This document shows positions 1 through 8,337 of a stretch of 64,000 nucleotides of DNA, one piece after another (the first letter of the stretch is position 1; every line of letters starts with the position of its first letter). The translations under genes were made by a program, and so were the position numbers. Origin of the DNA: Gynuella sp. Lineage in GTDB: Bacteria > Pseudomonadota > Gammaproteobacteria > Pseudomonadales > Natronospirillaceae. The stretch is taken from NCBI GenBank assembly GCA_028282465.1, contig JANQHX010000007.1:1-64000 (forward strand). The letters are read 5' to 3'. The notes below the pieces were generated by a model. That model did no database searches and was not told where the DNA came from. It saw only the letters and a program-made list of their open reading frames with translations.

Positions 1-705
1 CGCAGCTTCTAAATGTCGAATTCCCTGTTCTTGAATTCCCCAAAGCACTTCATCTTGAGGTAATGTTGGGGGCCTCCGAAAAAACTCTGTATTTTGTTCA
101 ATAGTTAATTGATACCAAGACAGATGTTCCGGCTCTAATTCAAATGCTTTTTGAAGATCAGTCATTGCCATACTTTTAGTTTGTTCGGGCAGGCCATGCA
201 TTAAATCTAAGTTGATGTTTTCAAAGCCTGCTTTTCTAGCCATGGAAAAGGCTTGTTCTGCCTCAGTTGCAGAATGAATTCGACCCAGGCTTTTTAAACT
301 GTGCTCATGAAAGCTTTGAACACCCATTGACAATCGATTAACGCCTGCATGTCTATAGTCTATAAATCGCTTTTGTTCAGCAGTTCCAGGGTTAGCCTCT
401 AATGTAATTTCAACATTAGAATCAAAGCCTAAGACGCTCTCTGCCATATGCAAAATCTTGCCTATGGCTTGGGCTGAAAATAAACTCGGTGTGCCTCCAC
501 CAAAAAAAATAGACTGTAGCTTTCGTCCCTGCACAGCAACGAGAGCGTCTGCTTCAAGATCTTCTTGTAAACATTGTAGGTATCTATTTTCTGGCAACGA
601 ATCCTGGGTTTGGTGTGAATTAAAATCACAATAAGGGCACTTACGCACACACCAGGGAATGTGCACGTAGAGACTTAATGGGGGAAGTTTTGTTATAGCT
701 GCCAA
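1..705 (-). CDS. hemW: Radical SAM family heme chaperone HemW (YggW), 5' portion only; the C-terminus lies beyond the window start
   Basis: The reverse-strand translation reads ...KLPPLSLYVHIPWCVRKCPYCDFNSHQ...IFFGGGTPS...EANPGT...GVNRLSMGVQSF...NLDLMHGLPEQT...HLSWYQLTIE. It is colinear with E. coli HemW, including the CxxxCxxC radical-SAM cluster. The ORF track misses it because the frame is open to the window edge. The likely start is TTG at the complement of 703-705 (MAAITKLPPLSL...). An upstream in-frame TTG at about 751-753 is also possible. Confidence 0.85.
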   Translation of the reverse strand, partial: MAAITKLPPLSLYVHIPWCVRKCPYCDFNSHQTQDSLPENRYLQCLQEDLEADALVAVQGRKLQSIFFGGGTPSLFSAQAIGKILHMAESVLGFDSNVEITLEANPGTAEQKRFIDYRHAGVNRLSMGVQSFHEHSLKSLGRIHSATEAEQAFSMARKAGFENINLDLMHGLPEQTKSMAMTDLQKAFELEPEHLSWYQLTIEQNTEFFRRPPTLPQDEVLWGIQEQGIRHLEAA

Positions 706-706
706 G

Positions 707-982
707 TTAGATGGTGTGGCGTTTGAACAGCTTTTCGCCCTGCTGGTCGACAATCATGCAACCTTTGGAAATGCTAATAGCTAGGGCTTCATCGCCGCTT
801 GGTGTAGTGTCACTGCGAACAAAGGGTTTTTCCTGATCGCCTTTTTTTATTAGCCCAGCAATGCGATAGGTAGCACCTTCACGGATTGGCTGACCAATGA
901 CAAGAAAGCCTTTATATTCACGCTCTTCTGACGGCCCTGAATTGGCGCCAAGACCGATCATTTTTTTAAGAAAACCCAGCAT
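707..982 (-). CDS. Hypothetical 91-aa protein immediately upstream of hemW
   Basis: It is a clean ORF on the same strand as hemW and the HAD gene. Its stop lies 1 nt from the proposed hemW start. I recognise no family. Confidence 0.45.
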   Translation of the reverse strand: MLGFLKKMIGLGANSGPSEEREYKGFLVIGQPIREGATYRIAGLIKKGDQEKPFVRSDTTPSGDEALAISISKGCMIVDQQGEKLFKRHTI

Positions 983-1087
983 GACAGTGTCTCATTTTAT
1001 TATTAGATACTAATTTATGATTGGCGGACTAATAGATAGCGTTGGCATTTTATCAGCAAATACTAAAATGCCAACTGGATCAAATAA

Positions 1088-1855
1088 CTAAATTTCTAAG
1101 ATTCTCTGTACAGCTGCGAGCACATCTGATTCCAATTCGTAATGAGCGTCGAGTTTGCTCTCATCACCTTCACGGTATTTTCCTGTTTGCACAAGACAGG
1201 CTTGCATACCGACATCAATAGCGCCCTGTACATCACCAAAAATATCGTCACCAACCATCCAACAGGATTCGGGCTCCATTTGGAGGTCAGACGCGACAGA
1301 CTCAAAAAATGCTGCTGCGGGTTTACCGGCCACAATGGCTCGACGATCAGCGGAATATTCAAGCGCATTAATAAAGGGGCCAGCATCCAGGTAAAACTCG
1401 CCATTCTCTTTAAAATATCTATTGTGGCCAATTGCTACTAGAGCGGCACCTTCCAGTAATAGTCGAAAAGCCTGGTTGAGATTTTCGTAATTAAAGCCAG
1501 ATGCGGCGTCACCCACTATCACTGCATCGGCCTCTTCGGGCGGCACATTATCTAAATCAGGGAGCAGATCTGGATGCACCAAACACCAGGTTTTTAGACC
1601 TTTCCATCTTGCAAAAGTACGCGCCGCTAATGGAGCAGTAAAGATTTGCCGACGATCAACATGCACTCCGACCTTGGCGAGTGTATCAACCATCATGTCT
1701 CTCGTTTTGCGAGACGTGTTGGTAACTAGGCGGTAAGGTATGTGTTTCTGCTCCAGTAATGCTAACGCTTCAACAGCCCCAGGTATCACCTGATCACCGT
1801 TAAGCAAAACACCACTGATATCTAGTAATACGGCCTTTTCAGACTCACTTTCCAT
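1088..1855 (-). CDS. HAD-superfamily hydrolase, subfamily IIA (NagD-like)
   Basis: The 255-aa product has the HAD motif I 'LLDISGVL', followed by 'VTNTS' and the C-terminal motifs 'VGDD...D', typical of HAD-IIA/TIGR01458-like phosphatases. Confidence 0.8.
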   Translation of the reverse strand: MESESEKAVLLDISGVLLNGDQVIPGAVEALALLEQKHIPYRLVTNTSRKTRDMMVDTLAKVGVHVDRRQIFTAPLAARTFARWKGLKTWCLVHPDLLPDLDNVPPEEADAVIVGDAASGFNYENLNQAFRLLLEGAALVAIGHNRYFKENGEFYLDAGPFINALEYSADRRAIVAGKPAAAFFESVASDLQMEPESCWMVGDDIFGDVQGAIDVGMQACLVQTGKYREGDESKLDAHYELESDVLAAVQRILEI

Positions 1856-2079
1856 CTAATGATTAATCCCGTAGTTCTTATATTATTTTATTACCCAGCT
1901 AGCTAGGGGCACACTCGCTGCGCCTTGTTTGACTCAAAAAACAGCCGACGCCAGCGTGAAACAAATTAGTGTTAGCAGGCCCTAACATAAATTAGCTGAT
2001 GTAGCTTCAGTGTAACAGGTTTAATGAGACAGCAACGTGGGAATAGAGTTTCATTGGGTTTACAGGACAGTGTTTCAGA

Positions 2080-2625
2080 CTAACGGCGAGGGTACTTACG
2101 AGCATTTACCCAGGCCGCTAGCAGACCGAATATAAAGCCAAAGATATGACTTTCAAAACTGGTTTGTGCTCGAAGATCTATTAAGGTGAACAGCATTCCA
2201 CCATAAAAAAAAGCAATCCAAATACTAATGAAAACGGGCTTCCAGCGTCGAATTAACCACCCGTAGACTAACAGATAAGACCAGTACCCCATGATTAGAC
2301 CGCTGGCACCGACGTGAACTCCAGGTCGACCCACTAACCATACCGCCATTCCGGTCAGGAAAATTATGATCCAAGTGACTCGCCAGAAATTAGGGGTTTG
2401 GGAGGCGAAAATGACGAACACAAAAAGAGGTAGGCTGTTCGCCATGATGTGCTCAAGACTGCCGTGAAGGAATGGAGAAGTAAATATACCGATAAGATGA
2501 ACCGGGCTTTGAGGTACCAGCCCGAACATATTGAGGAAATAGTGGGCGTGCATATTGATCAGCTGCAGCACCCAAATAAACACAAGCCAATTGATAGCTA
2601 ACCGAAAACTCTTCCCTAGCGTCAT
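2080..2625 (-). CDS. Rhomboid-family intramembrane serine protease
   Basis: The 181-aa polytopic membrane protein carries the catalytic 'GASGLIMG' (GxSG) motif in a TM helix and the 'SHIFGFIFG' (AHxxGxxxG-type) His helix. Its start is 7 nt after the stop of the upstream TerB-like gene, so co-transcription is likely. Confidence 0.7.
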   Translation of the reverse strand: MTLGKSFRLAINWLVFIWVLQLINMHAHYFLNMFGLVPQSPVHLIGIFTSPFLHGSLEHIMANSLPLFVFVIFASQTPNFWRVTWIIIFLTGMAVWLVGRPGVHVGASGLIMGYWSYLLVYGWLIRRWKPVFISIWIAFFYGGMLFTLIDLRAQTSFESHIFGFIFGLLAAWVNARKYPRR

Positions 2626-2632
2626 TTAAAAA

Positions 2633-2875
2633 TCAAAAATTCTCTAATATCTTTTTCAGCTCTTCTACACTTTCAGCCAGCTCAGGATCAAGCTCTTCTT
2701 GCTCCAAGCGAGCCATAACATTCTCCAGAACCTGCTTTTCTTTAGGATCTATATGACCGTCTCGAATAGCGATCTCCACCAAAGCACCCAACTCTTCAGC
2801 ATTCAAAGTCCCATGTTCGTCAAAGGCCTGCTTTGATCTAAAGGACATTTCCTGATGGTCTGATGAATCTTTCAT
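2633..2875 (-). CDS. Small (80 aa) TerB-like/DjlA-N-like protein, paralog 1
   Basis: It aligns along its full length with the 80-aa product of 11324..11566 (shared pattern ...SFRS...F...G.L...EL..LV.IA.RDG.ID..EK.VLEN...RL...EL..EL.E.V..L.K.L...). The 'IA.RDG.ID..EK..L' core resembles the TerB/DjlA N-terminal fold. Confidence 0.55.
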   Translation of the reverse strand: MKDSSDHQEMSFRSKQAFDEHGTLNAEELGALVEIAIRDGHIDPKEKQVLENVMARLEQEELDPELAESVEELKKILENF

Positions 2876-2988
2876 AACTCTGTCTCAATGGAATGGCTCT
2901 GGGGTTGGAATCGGCATGTAACATGGGTTCTAAAGACTAAGATACAAGGTTAACGCCGATATTCTGTTAAATACCAATAGTCTTTATG

Positions 2989-5900
2989 TTAGCCGCTACT
3001 CTCTAACGCTTGGAGTTTTTCCATGATTTCATTCATTTTATAATGAGTGTTCAAATCAATATTGATTTTGCCATTCATTATTTTGACTAACGGCAGCAAA
3101 GACTCGTCAAGAGTGTTAATCAAAGCCTTCAGCACATCATCTACACCCTGAACCGGCTCATTCACCACAGTCACATTTGGCTCCCGCTGCATGAGAGCAT
3201 CCAGTTTATTGATGACAAGATTGCCATCGAGTTCCGGCTTATTTGTTTCTCTGCTCTGGTTTTGGATGACCCTTGCAAGTTTGGCGATTTGAGTGGCAAC
3301 TAACCTTGCTGACTCACCTTGACTACTTTGCGGTTCATCAGATCCTGCTAAGGCCTTAGTCGCCGCTACCAAATCTACCAATTGAGCCACCACCTTTGTT
3401 GCAGCGTCAGTATCGTCACCACCCATCGCTTTGTTACGGGAGAAATCGTCCAAAATTTGCTGCCAGCGCTGGCTCTGCACCTCTGTCATATTGCCACGAA
3501 GCTGAGCCAGCTTAAGCAGATTTTCTTCGGCTCCCTGGGTCAGCAACTGAGCTTCGCCTTGGTAATGATCTGACACCAACTGCATCAATTCATCTTGAGT
3601 CATCACTGAAGAGAGTTTTTCAGCCATCTTATTCATATTTCGATAGCTACCCTGAAGCTTAAAAGCAGGTTCTTGTCGATATTTTTCTGCCGTGGCGCTG
3701 CTTTCAATATATTGCTGATTCACTTTTAAAATAACATCTCGAATGACAAACATTTTTTGCAGTACCGAGACAATTTCCTGAACTTCAGCACCACTGTAAT
3801 TGTGCTTGAGTTCATTGGCTGCTATTTGATCCGTTTCGGCCATTTTAATCAAACTGTAGACATCATCCATACCCCGAGTTGCCAACGGAGCTAACACCGA
3901 ATTAGAGGTCAACGAGTTTTCAATAAAACTCAAACCGAAGGTGTCCTGTTTACCACCAATCACATCACCCAGGTTATAAATGTCCGCACGGTTTGCCAGC
4001 ATGTCCGGAATTCGGAAGAGCTCACCACTTTCCGTGTAGGGGTTGCCCGCCATCACAATGCAGAATTTTTTACCTCGCATATCATAGGTTTTGCTGTCAC
4101 CTTTCCAGACACCTTCCATACGACGTGTTCCGTCACATAAAGAAATAAATTTTTGCAAAAACTCTGGATTAGTATGCTGAATGTCATCCAAATAAAGCAT
4201 GACGTTGCTACCCATCTCCAACGCCAAATTAAGTTTTTCCAGCTCCTGCCGAGCGGCACTGTTAGTTGCTTGGGAGGGGTCAACTGAATCCGCCTGATGA
4301 CCAATAGACGGGCAGTTAATTTTCATAAACACCAAGCCAAGACGATTCGCTACATATTCCATCAAGGTGGTTTTACCATAACCTGGAGGCGAGATAAGCA
4401 GTAACAGCCCCATTAAATCAGTGCGCTTATTTTCACCCGCAGTACCCATTTGTTTAGCTAGGTTATCGCCGATCATAGGTAGGTAAACTTCGTTAATCAG
4501 TTTGTTGCGGACGAATGAAGACAATGGTCTCGCTTTGTATTCATCTAACCTGAGATCTTCACGATACTGTTCCACCAAGCTCTGGCGCACATCTTGTAAT
4601 TTGTACCAACGAGGAACTGTTTCTAAATGAAAGGCCGACAACCGCTCCAGATACTCATCCAGCTGCAGTTGATATTGGCCGTTATCTAATTGAGAGTGAT
4701 CGCCATACATACCAACAACAGTTGCTTGCAAGTCAGCTTCTGTATCTTGCCGATCGACACGGGCATCAGCATTTAAAATTGAAACCGCCTCAGGAATAAA
4801 ACTTTCTAACTCAACAAGGTTTTTATGTTTAACAAAACCTTGCAACCAACTGTTAGTTAAACGCCAGCGGTTACCCACATGACCTTTTTGCTTTTCTAAA
4901 GCCGTCTGATAATCACGCCAAACATTTTGGACATTGAGTTCAGTTTGGAAATCATTAACCAATTTACGAGCGTATTTAGTCGTCACAAATTGATGATGCT
5001 CTGCTGACAGCTCAAGCACCAAATACTCTGCCGCCTGTTTGATTTTTACCAATGGAACTTTCAAAGCCCAAGACTCGTTAAATTCCATCAACTGCTGAGA
5101 TACTTCAGCTTCAACATTATTAAGAGATGTGCGATCGCCAAATACGCTGGACAACTGATATGCAGTTCTAGCCCTTTCTGGCCAATGTTCACATACCTCT
5201 GAACGCTGATGATTCACCCAAAACACCACTGCTAACGACCTTGCTAACGCACTAAACCTTAGAGGCCCAGCCTGTTCGAGGAGTTGGACTAATATCTTTA
5301 GTATATTTGCTGCGTCTTGATCATGAATACCCTTCTCGTAGCCTTCACGATAGCGATCAGAGGCAAAGTCTCGAACCAGATCTAATAACGCTTCGGGGTT
5401 TTCAATTGCTTGAGTGAGCTCATCCCAACCAACAGATTTTGCTGAGGGCAATTTCCCCTGAGACGTCTGTAAAATTAAAAATGCCAGGTATTCAGAACGA
5501 TAGACAGTTTCAGATTCTGAACTGAGGTTTTGATCCCATAGATTAGACAGTTGGCTTAAACTCTCGTCTTCAATGGCTTCGTAATAATCTGTACCGGTAA
5601 GATGAATATGTTGAACACCTGATCGTGGAATCAGTGTTAAATCCAGTTCAGTGGTATTGACCGAGAAACGGTGTCTTGGCCCTAATTTAATGACCTTACC
5701 GCCCTCTTCAAAGATATCGGATTTATCCCTGAGGGTTCGAATAGCCTGATCCTTCAATGCTTTAACTTTCGCTTCCAAATCATCGGCTTTAACGACTTCG
5801 TCCAACTCACGCAACTCTTGAGAAAGCTGATTCAGTTTGAGTATCAAGGCATCAGAAGCAAAAAACGTATTCAGCTCATCCTCAGTTTTAAAACCAGACG

Positions 5901-8262
5901 TTCTGCGGTTAACGCTTTCGATAATTCGGCTAGCAGCATCAAAGATATTTTGAGCTTTACGCTGACGCGCTTCTAAAAGCTGTTGTTTTTGGGTTTCAAA
6001 GGCTTCGTAGATTTCATCTCTCTTGCCGAGAATATCGGTCAGGAATTCATCATGCTCACTAAACTGACTTTCCAGCTCTTCCAGCTGAACCAATAACCGC
6101 GCTAACTGTTCATCACATTTTTCTGGGGAGGTCGAAAGGGAAAGCGCACTTTGCACACTTTGACCCAGCAACTTGAATTGAGCACCAAACTGAGCTGTCG
6201 CTTCTGCAGAACCCAATGATTTTCGTTTTTGCTGCAGCCGAGCTTTTTGCTGATTGAGCTTGCCATAAAATTCCGAAATGGATTCCACAATGGCGGTTTG
6301 CTTTGTAGCATCTGCAACTTTCAAGGTGGCCATTAATTCTGATAGTAGATCCAAGCCCTCTGCAATAGAATTAATTTTCTCCAGCAGTGGTTCCAAATCA
6401 GACACCTTTGAAACCGAATCTGCCCCGCTAACTAACCCTTGCATATCTTTCTGATAATGAGCCAGAGCATCATCACCGGATAAAAATTCGACGGTTTGCC
6501 CATTGAGTCTGTTTTCAGCATCAGCCAGTTGCTGATCTAATTCATCCAGGCGAGCCACATCCATGTAACGCAGCTCTTTTAATGACATCAGGTGCCCACG
6601 CTGTTGTCGAATTTTCTGCAAGCCTTGAACAAAATCTCCAGGGCTTCGCCAGCCATCTGGATGACTGCTTTTAATAATTTCTTTCTGGGAAACTTCCGCC
6701 TGGGAAAGTGCTTCTTTAGAGTTTTTTTGGATGCTCTCTACTTTTTCATACTCATCCAAAACAAGTTCAGATGTTTCAGATATTTGCTTAATGAGTGCGG
6801 CTGTTTCTGATAACTTGTCACTGTCTAGCCAGTAGTAACTATCAAAAATTTTACCGCAGCTTTTACTCAACAAATTAAAATGGCTAGCGGACACATTAGC
6901 CTCATTAATCATGCGAACAATGCCGTATATTTCTGAGATGCCACGGACGAGTTCTGCATTACCAAGCTTTCCAAAAAAGCTAGTTTTTAAAGGTTGCTGA
7001 CTGGCAAATTCATCAGAGAAGTAAGGTGTTTCCCAAACCTGCAAAGGATGCACTCTGGTTGCTTCTGTCTCGGCATAGAAGATTGCTAAATGTCCGTTTT
7101 CAAAAAAGCCATAACCATGACCAAAAATAGGGTTGCTTAACTCTTTTTCGATAAGATTGTAATTGAGTAACGCAACCTTACCGTCGTTTGGTTCATAAAA
7201 TAGGAACAGAACATCTTCACCATTGGGTGACTTAAACTGTCGCTTATATACAAAGCCGGAATAATCATCATCAAAGGTTTTATGAGCGCCTGTGGCGAGG
7301 TAATACCCCCCGGGAAATACAATCCCATGATCCTCTGGCAACTGTACACAGGACTCACCAATGGCATCCAATCGTACAACCTTTTCAGTTTGCTTGTTGA
7401 AGACTAAATAGCGGAAAGATTCCTCAAGATAGGGCTTAATTTTTAATAACAGAAGTTGACCTAGCTCGACAAACTCAAGCTCAAGATCATCTAGAGACTG
7501 ATTAGTTTCTTGAACAGGCTCAGAATAAATACCTTCGCCTGAATCGGTGTTGTTTTCCACCTTAATGGTCAGAGCACCGTTTAAGCAATCAACAAATAAA
7601 CTATCTTGAACACTGTAATGAGCATGGCGACCTAATACAATTTGATCTCGGTCTACCGTTTGCCATTCAAAATCAAATTTTGGTGGTAGCTCAATATCTC
7701 TCTCACCGCGATTATCAATGTATTGCAAGTCGCCAGTTGCAGATAAATTCCAGCGAAATACCCGCTGGTCACTTAATTGATCACCAATTTGGAAAGCGGC
7801 TAATAACTTTCCATTTTTGGTTACCAACTGCGTTAATCGAGTGTTCTTGTAGTAAGAATACAGCTCACGAAAATCATTAAGAAAACTTTGGTCATTAAGA
7901 AAGCTTTTTTCAATCGGAACCGCTTCGATATCAAGGTTATCTTGATCGCCCTTAAGTCGGTATAAACCGAATACGTCTGTAACAGCCGTTTCTTTTTTTA
8001 AGCCAATAAATACGTTATAGCCAAACAGCAGATAATCGCCGACTCTAACCAAATCGCGAGCTACGCAATTATGTTCTGTTCTAAGCCGTAAGCGACCAAT
8101 AACAGACATTTCTGTGCTGCCAAACTCTTGTTGGCGCTCAGCATTAATAGCCTGAACCTGCTTAGAAAGTTCTTTACCCTGCTTAATTAAGCGAGAGTGA
8201 ATAACCTCATAGGTTCCACCTTCAGAAACCGCTTGCTCTACAATGGATTGATTATCTGCCAC
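2989..8262 (-). CDS. Giant (1757 aa) coiled-coil protein with a C-proximal AAA+ ATPase domain (AAA_5/MoxR-dynein-like); family unknown
   Basis: It is a single uninterrupted 5.27-kb ORF. The Walker A box 'LLLISPPGYGKTTL' is encoded near nt 4370-4400. It is followed by 'SNVMLYLDDIQH' (Walker B-like) and 'KFCIVMAGNPYTESGELFRIPDMLANRADI' (sensor and Arg-finger region typical of AAA_5). The central region, roughly residues 550-900, is strongly Q/E/L/K-rich and heptad-like, so a long coiled coil. The N-terminal 450 aa are beta-rich and unrecognised. I see no TM segments. Confidence 0.8.
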   Translation of the reverse strand: MADNQSIVEQAVSEGGTYEVIHSRLIKQGKELSKQVQAINAERQQEFGSTEMSVIGRLRLRTEHNCVARDLVRVGDYLLFGYNVFIGLKKETAVTDVFGLYRLKGDQDNLDIEAVPIEKSFLNDQSFLNDFRELYSYYKNTRLTQLVTKNGKLLAAFQIGDQLSDQRVFRWNLSATGDLQYIDNRGERDIELPPKFDFEWQTVDRDQIVLGRHAHYSVQDSLFVDCLNGALTIKVENNTDSGEGIYSEPVQETNQSLDDLELEFVELGQLLLLKIKPYLEESFRYLVFNKQTEKVVRLDAIGESCVQLPEDHGIVFPGGYYLATGAHKTFDDDYSGFVYKRQFKSPNGEDVLFLFYEPNDGKVALLNYNLIEKELSNPIFGHGYGFFENGHLAIFYAETEATRVHPLQVWETPYFSDEFASQQPLKTSFFGKLGNAELVRGISEIYGIVRMINEANVSASHFNLLSKSCGKIFDSYYWLDSDKLSETAALIKQISETSELVLDEYEKVESIQKNSKEALSQAEVSQKEIIKSSHPDGWRSPGDFVQGLQKIRQQRGHLMSLKELRYMDVARLDELDQQLADAENRLNGQTVEFLSGDDALAHYQKDMQGLVSGADSVSKVSDLEPLLEKINSIAEGLDLLSELMATLKVADATKQTAIVESISEFYGKLNQQKARLQQKRKSLGSAEATAQFGAQFKLLGQSVQSALSLSTSPEKCDEQLARLLVQLEELESQFSEHDEFLTDILGKRDEIYEAFETQKQQLLEARQRKAQNIFDAASRIIESVNRRTSGFKTEDELNTFFASDALILKLNQLSQELRELDEVVKADDLEAKVKALKDQAIRTLRDKSDIFEEGGKVIKLGPRHRFSVNTTELDLTLIPRSGVQHIHLTGTDYYEAIEDESLSQLSNLWDQNLSSESETVYRSEYLAFLILQTSQGKLPSAKSVGWDELTQAIENPEALLDLVRDFASDRYREGYEKGIHDQDAANILKILVQLLEQAGPLRFSALARSLAVVFWVNHQRSEVCEHWPERARTAYQLSSVFGDRTSLNNVEAEVSQQLMEFNESWALKVPLVKIKQAAEYLVLELSAEHHQFVTTKYARKLVNDFQTELNVQNVWRDYQTALEKQKGHVGNRWRLTNSWLQGFVKHKNLVELESFIPEAVSILNADARVDRQDTEADLQATVVGMYGDHSQLDNGQYQLQLDEYLERLSAFHLETVPRWYKLQDVRQSLVEQYREDLRLDEYKARPLSSFVRNKLINEVYLPMIGDNLAKQMGTAGENKRTDLMGLLLLISPPGYGKTTLMEYVANRLGLVFMKINCPSIGHQADSVDPSQATNSAARQELEKLNLALEMGSNVMLYLDDIQHTNPEFLQKFISLCDGTRRMEGVWKGDSKTYDMRGKKFCIVMAGNPYTESGELFRIPDMLANRADIYNLGDVIGGKQDTFGLSFIENSLTSNSVLAPLATRGMDDVYSLIKMAETDQIAANELKHNYSGAEVQEIVSVLQKMFVIRDVILKVNQQYIESSATAEKYRQEPAFKLQGSYRNMNKMAEKLSSVMTQDELMQLVSDHYQGEAQLLTQGAEENLLKLAQLRGNMTEVQSQRWQQILDDFSRNKAMGGDDTDAATKVVAQLVDLVAATKALAGSDEPQSSQGESARLVATQIAKLARVIQNQSRETNKPELDGNLVINKLDALMQREPNVTVVNEPVQGVDDVLKALINTLDESLLPLVKIMNGKINIDLNTHYKMNEIMEKLQALESSG

Positions 8263-8337
8263 AGCCTGATCCTTGACTCAAATATTGGGAATTCAAAAAA
8301 GTTAATGGGCTGAAATGAATTCAACCCAGTGACTTTG

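Noticed and set aside
462-650. 62-aa ORF in the track on the minus strand
   Set aside because: It lies in an alternative frame inside hemW. The hemW frame, open to the window edge, gives a full-length colinear match to HemW, so this frame is spurious.
1096-1441. Three overlapping alternative-frame ORFs inside the HAD hydrolase gene
   Set aside because: The 255-aa frame carries complete HAD motifs, so the others are frame shadows.
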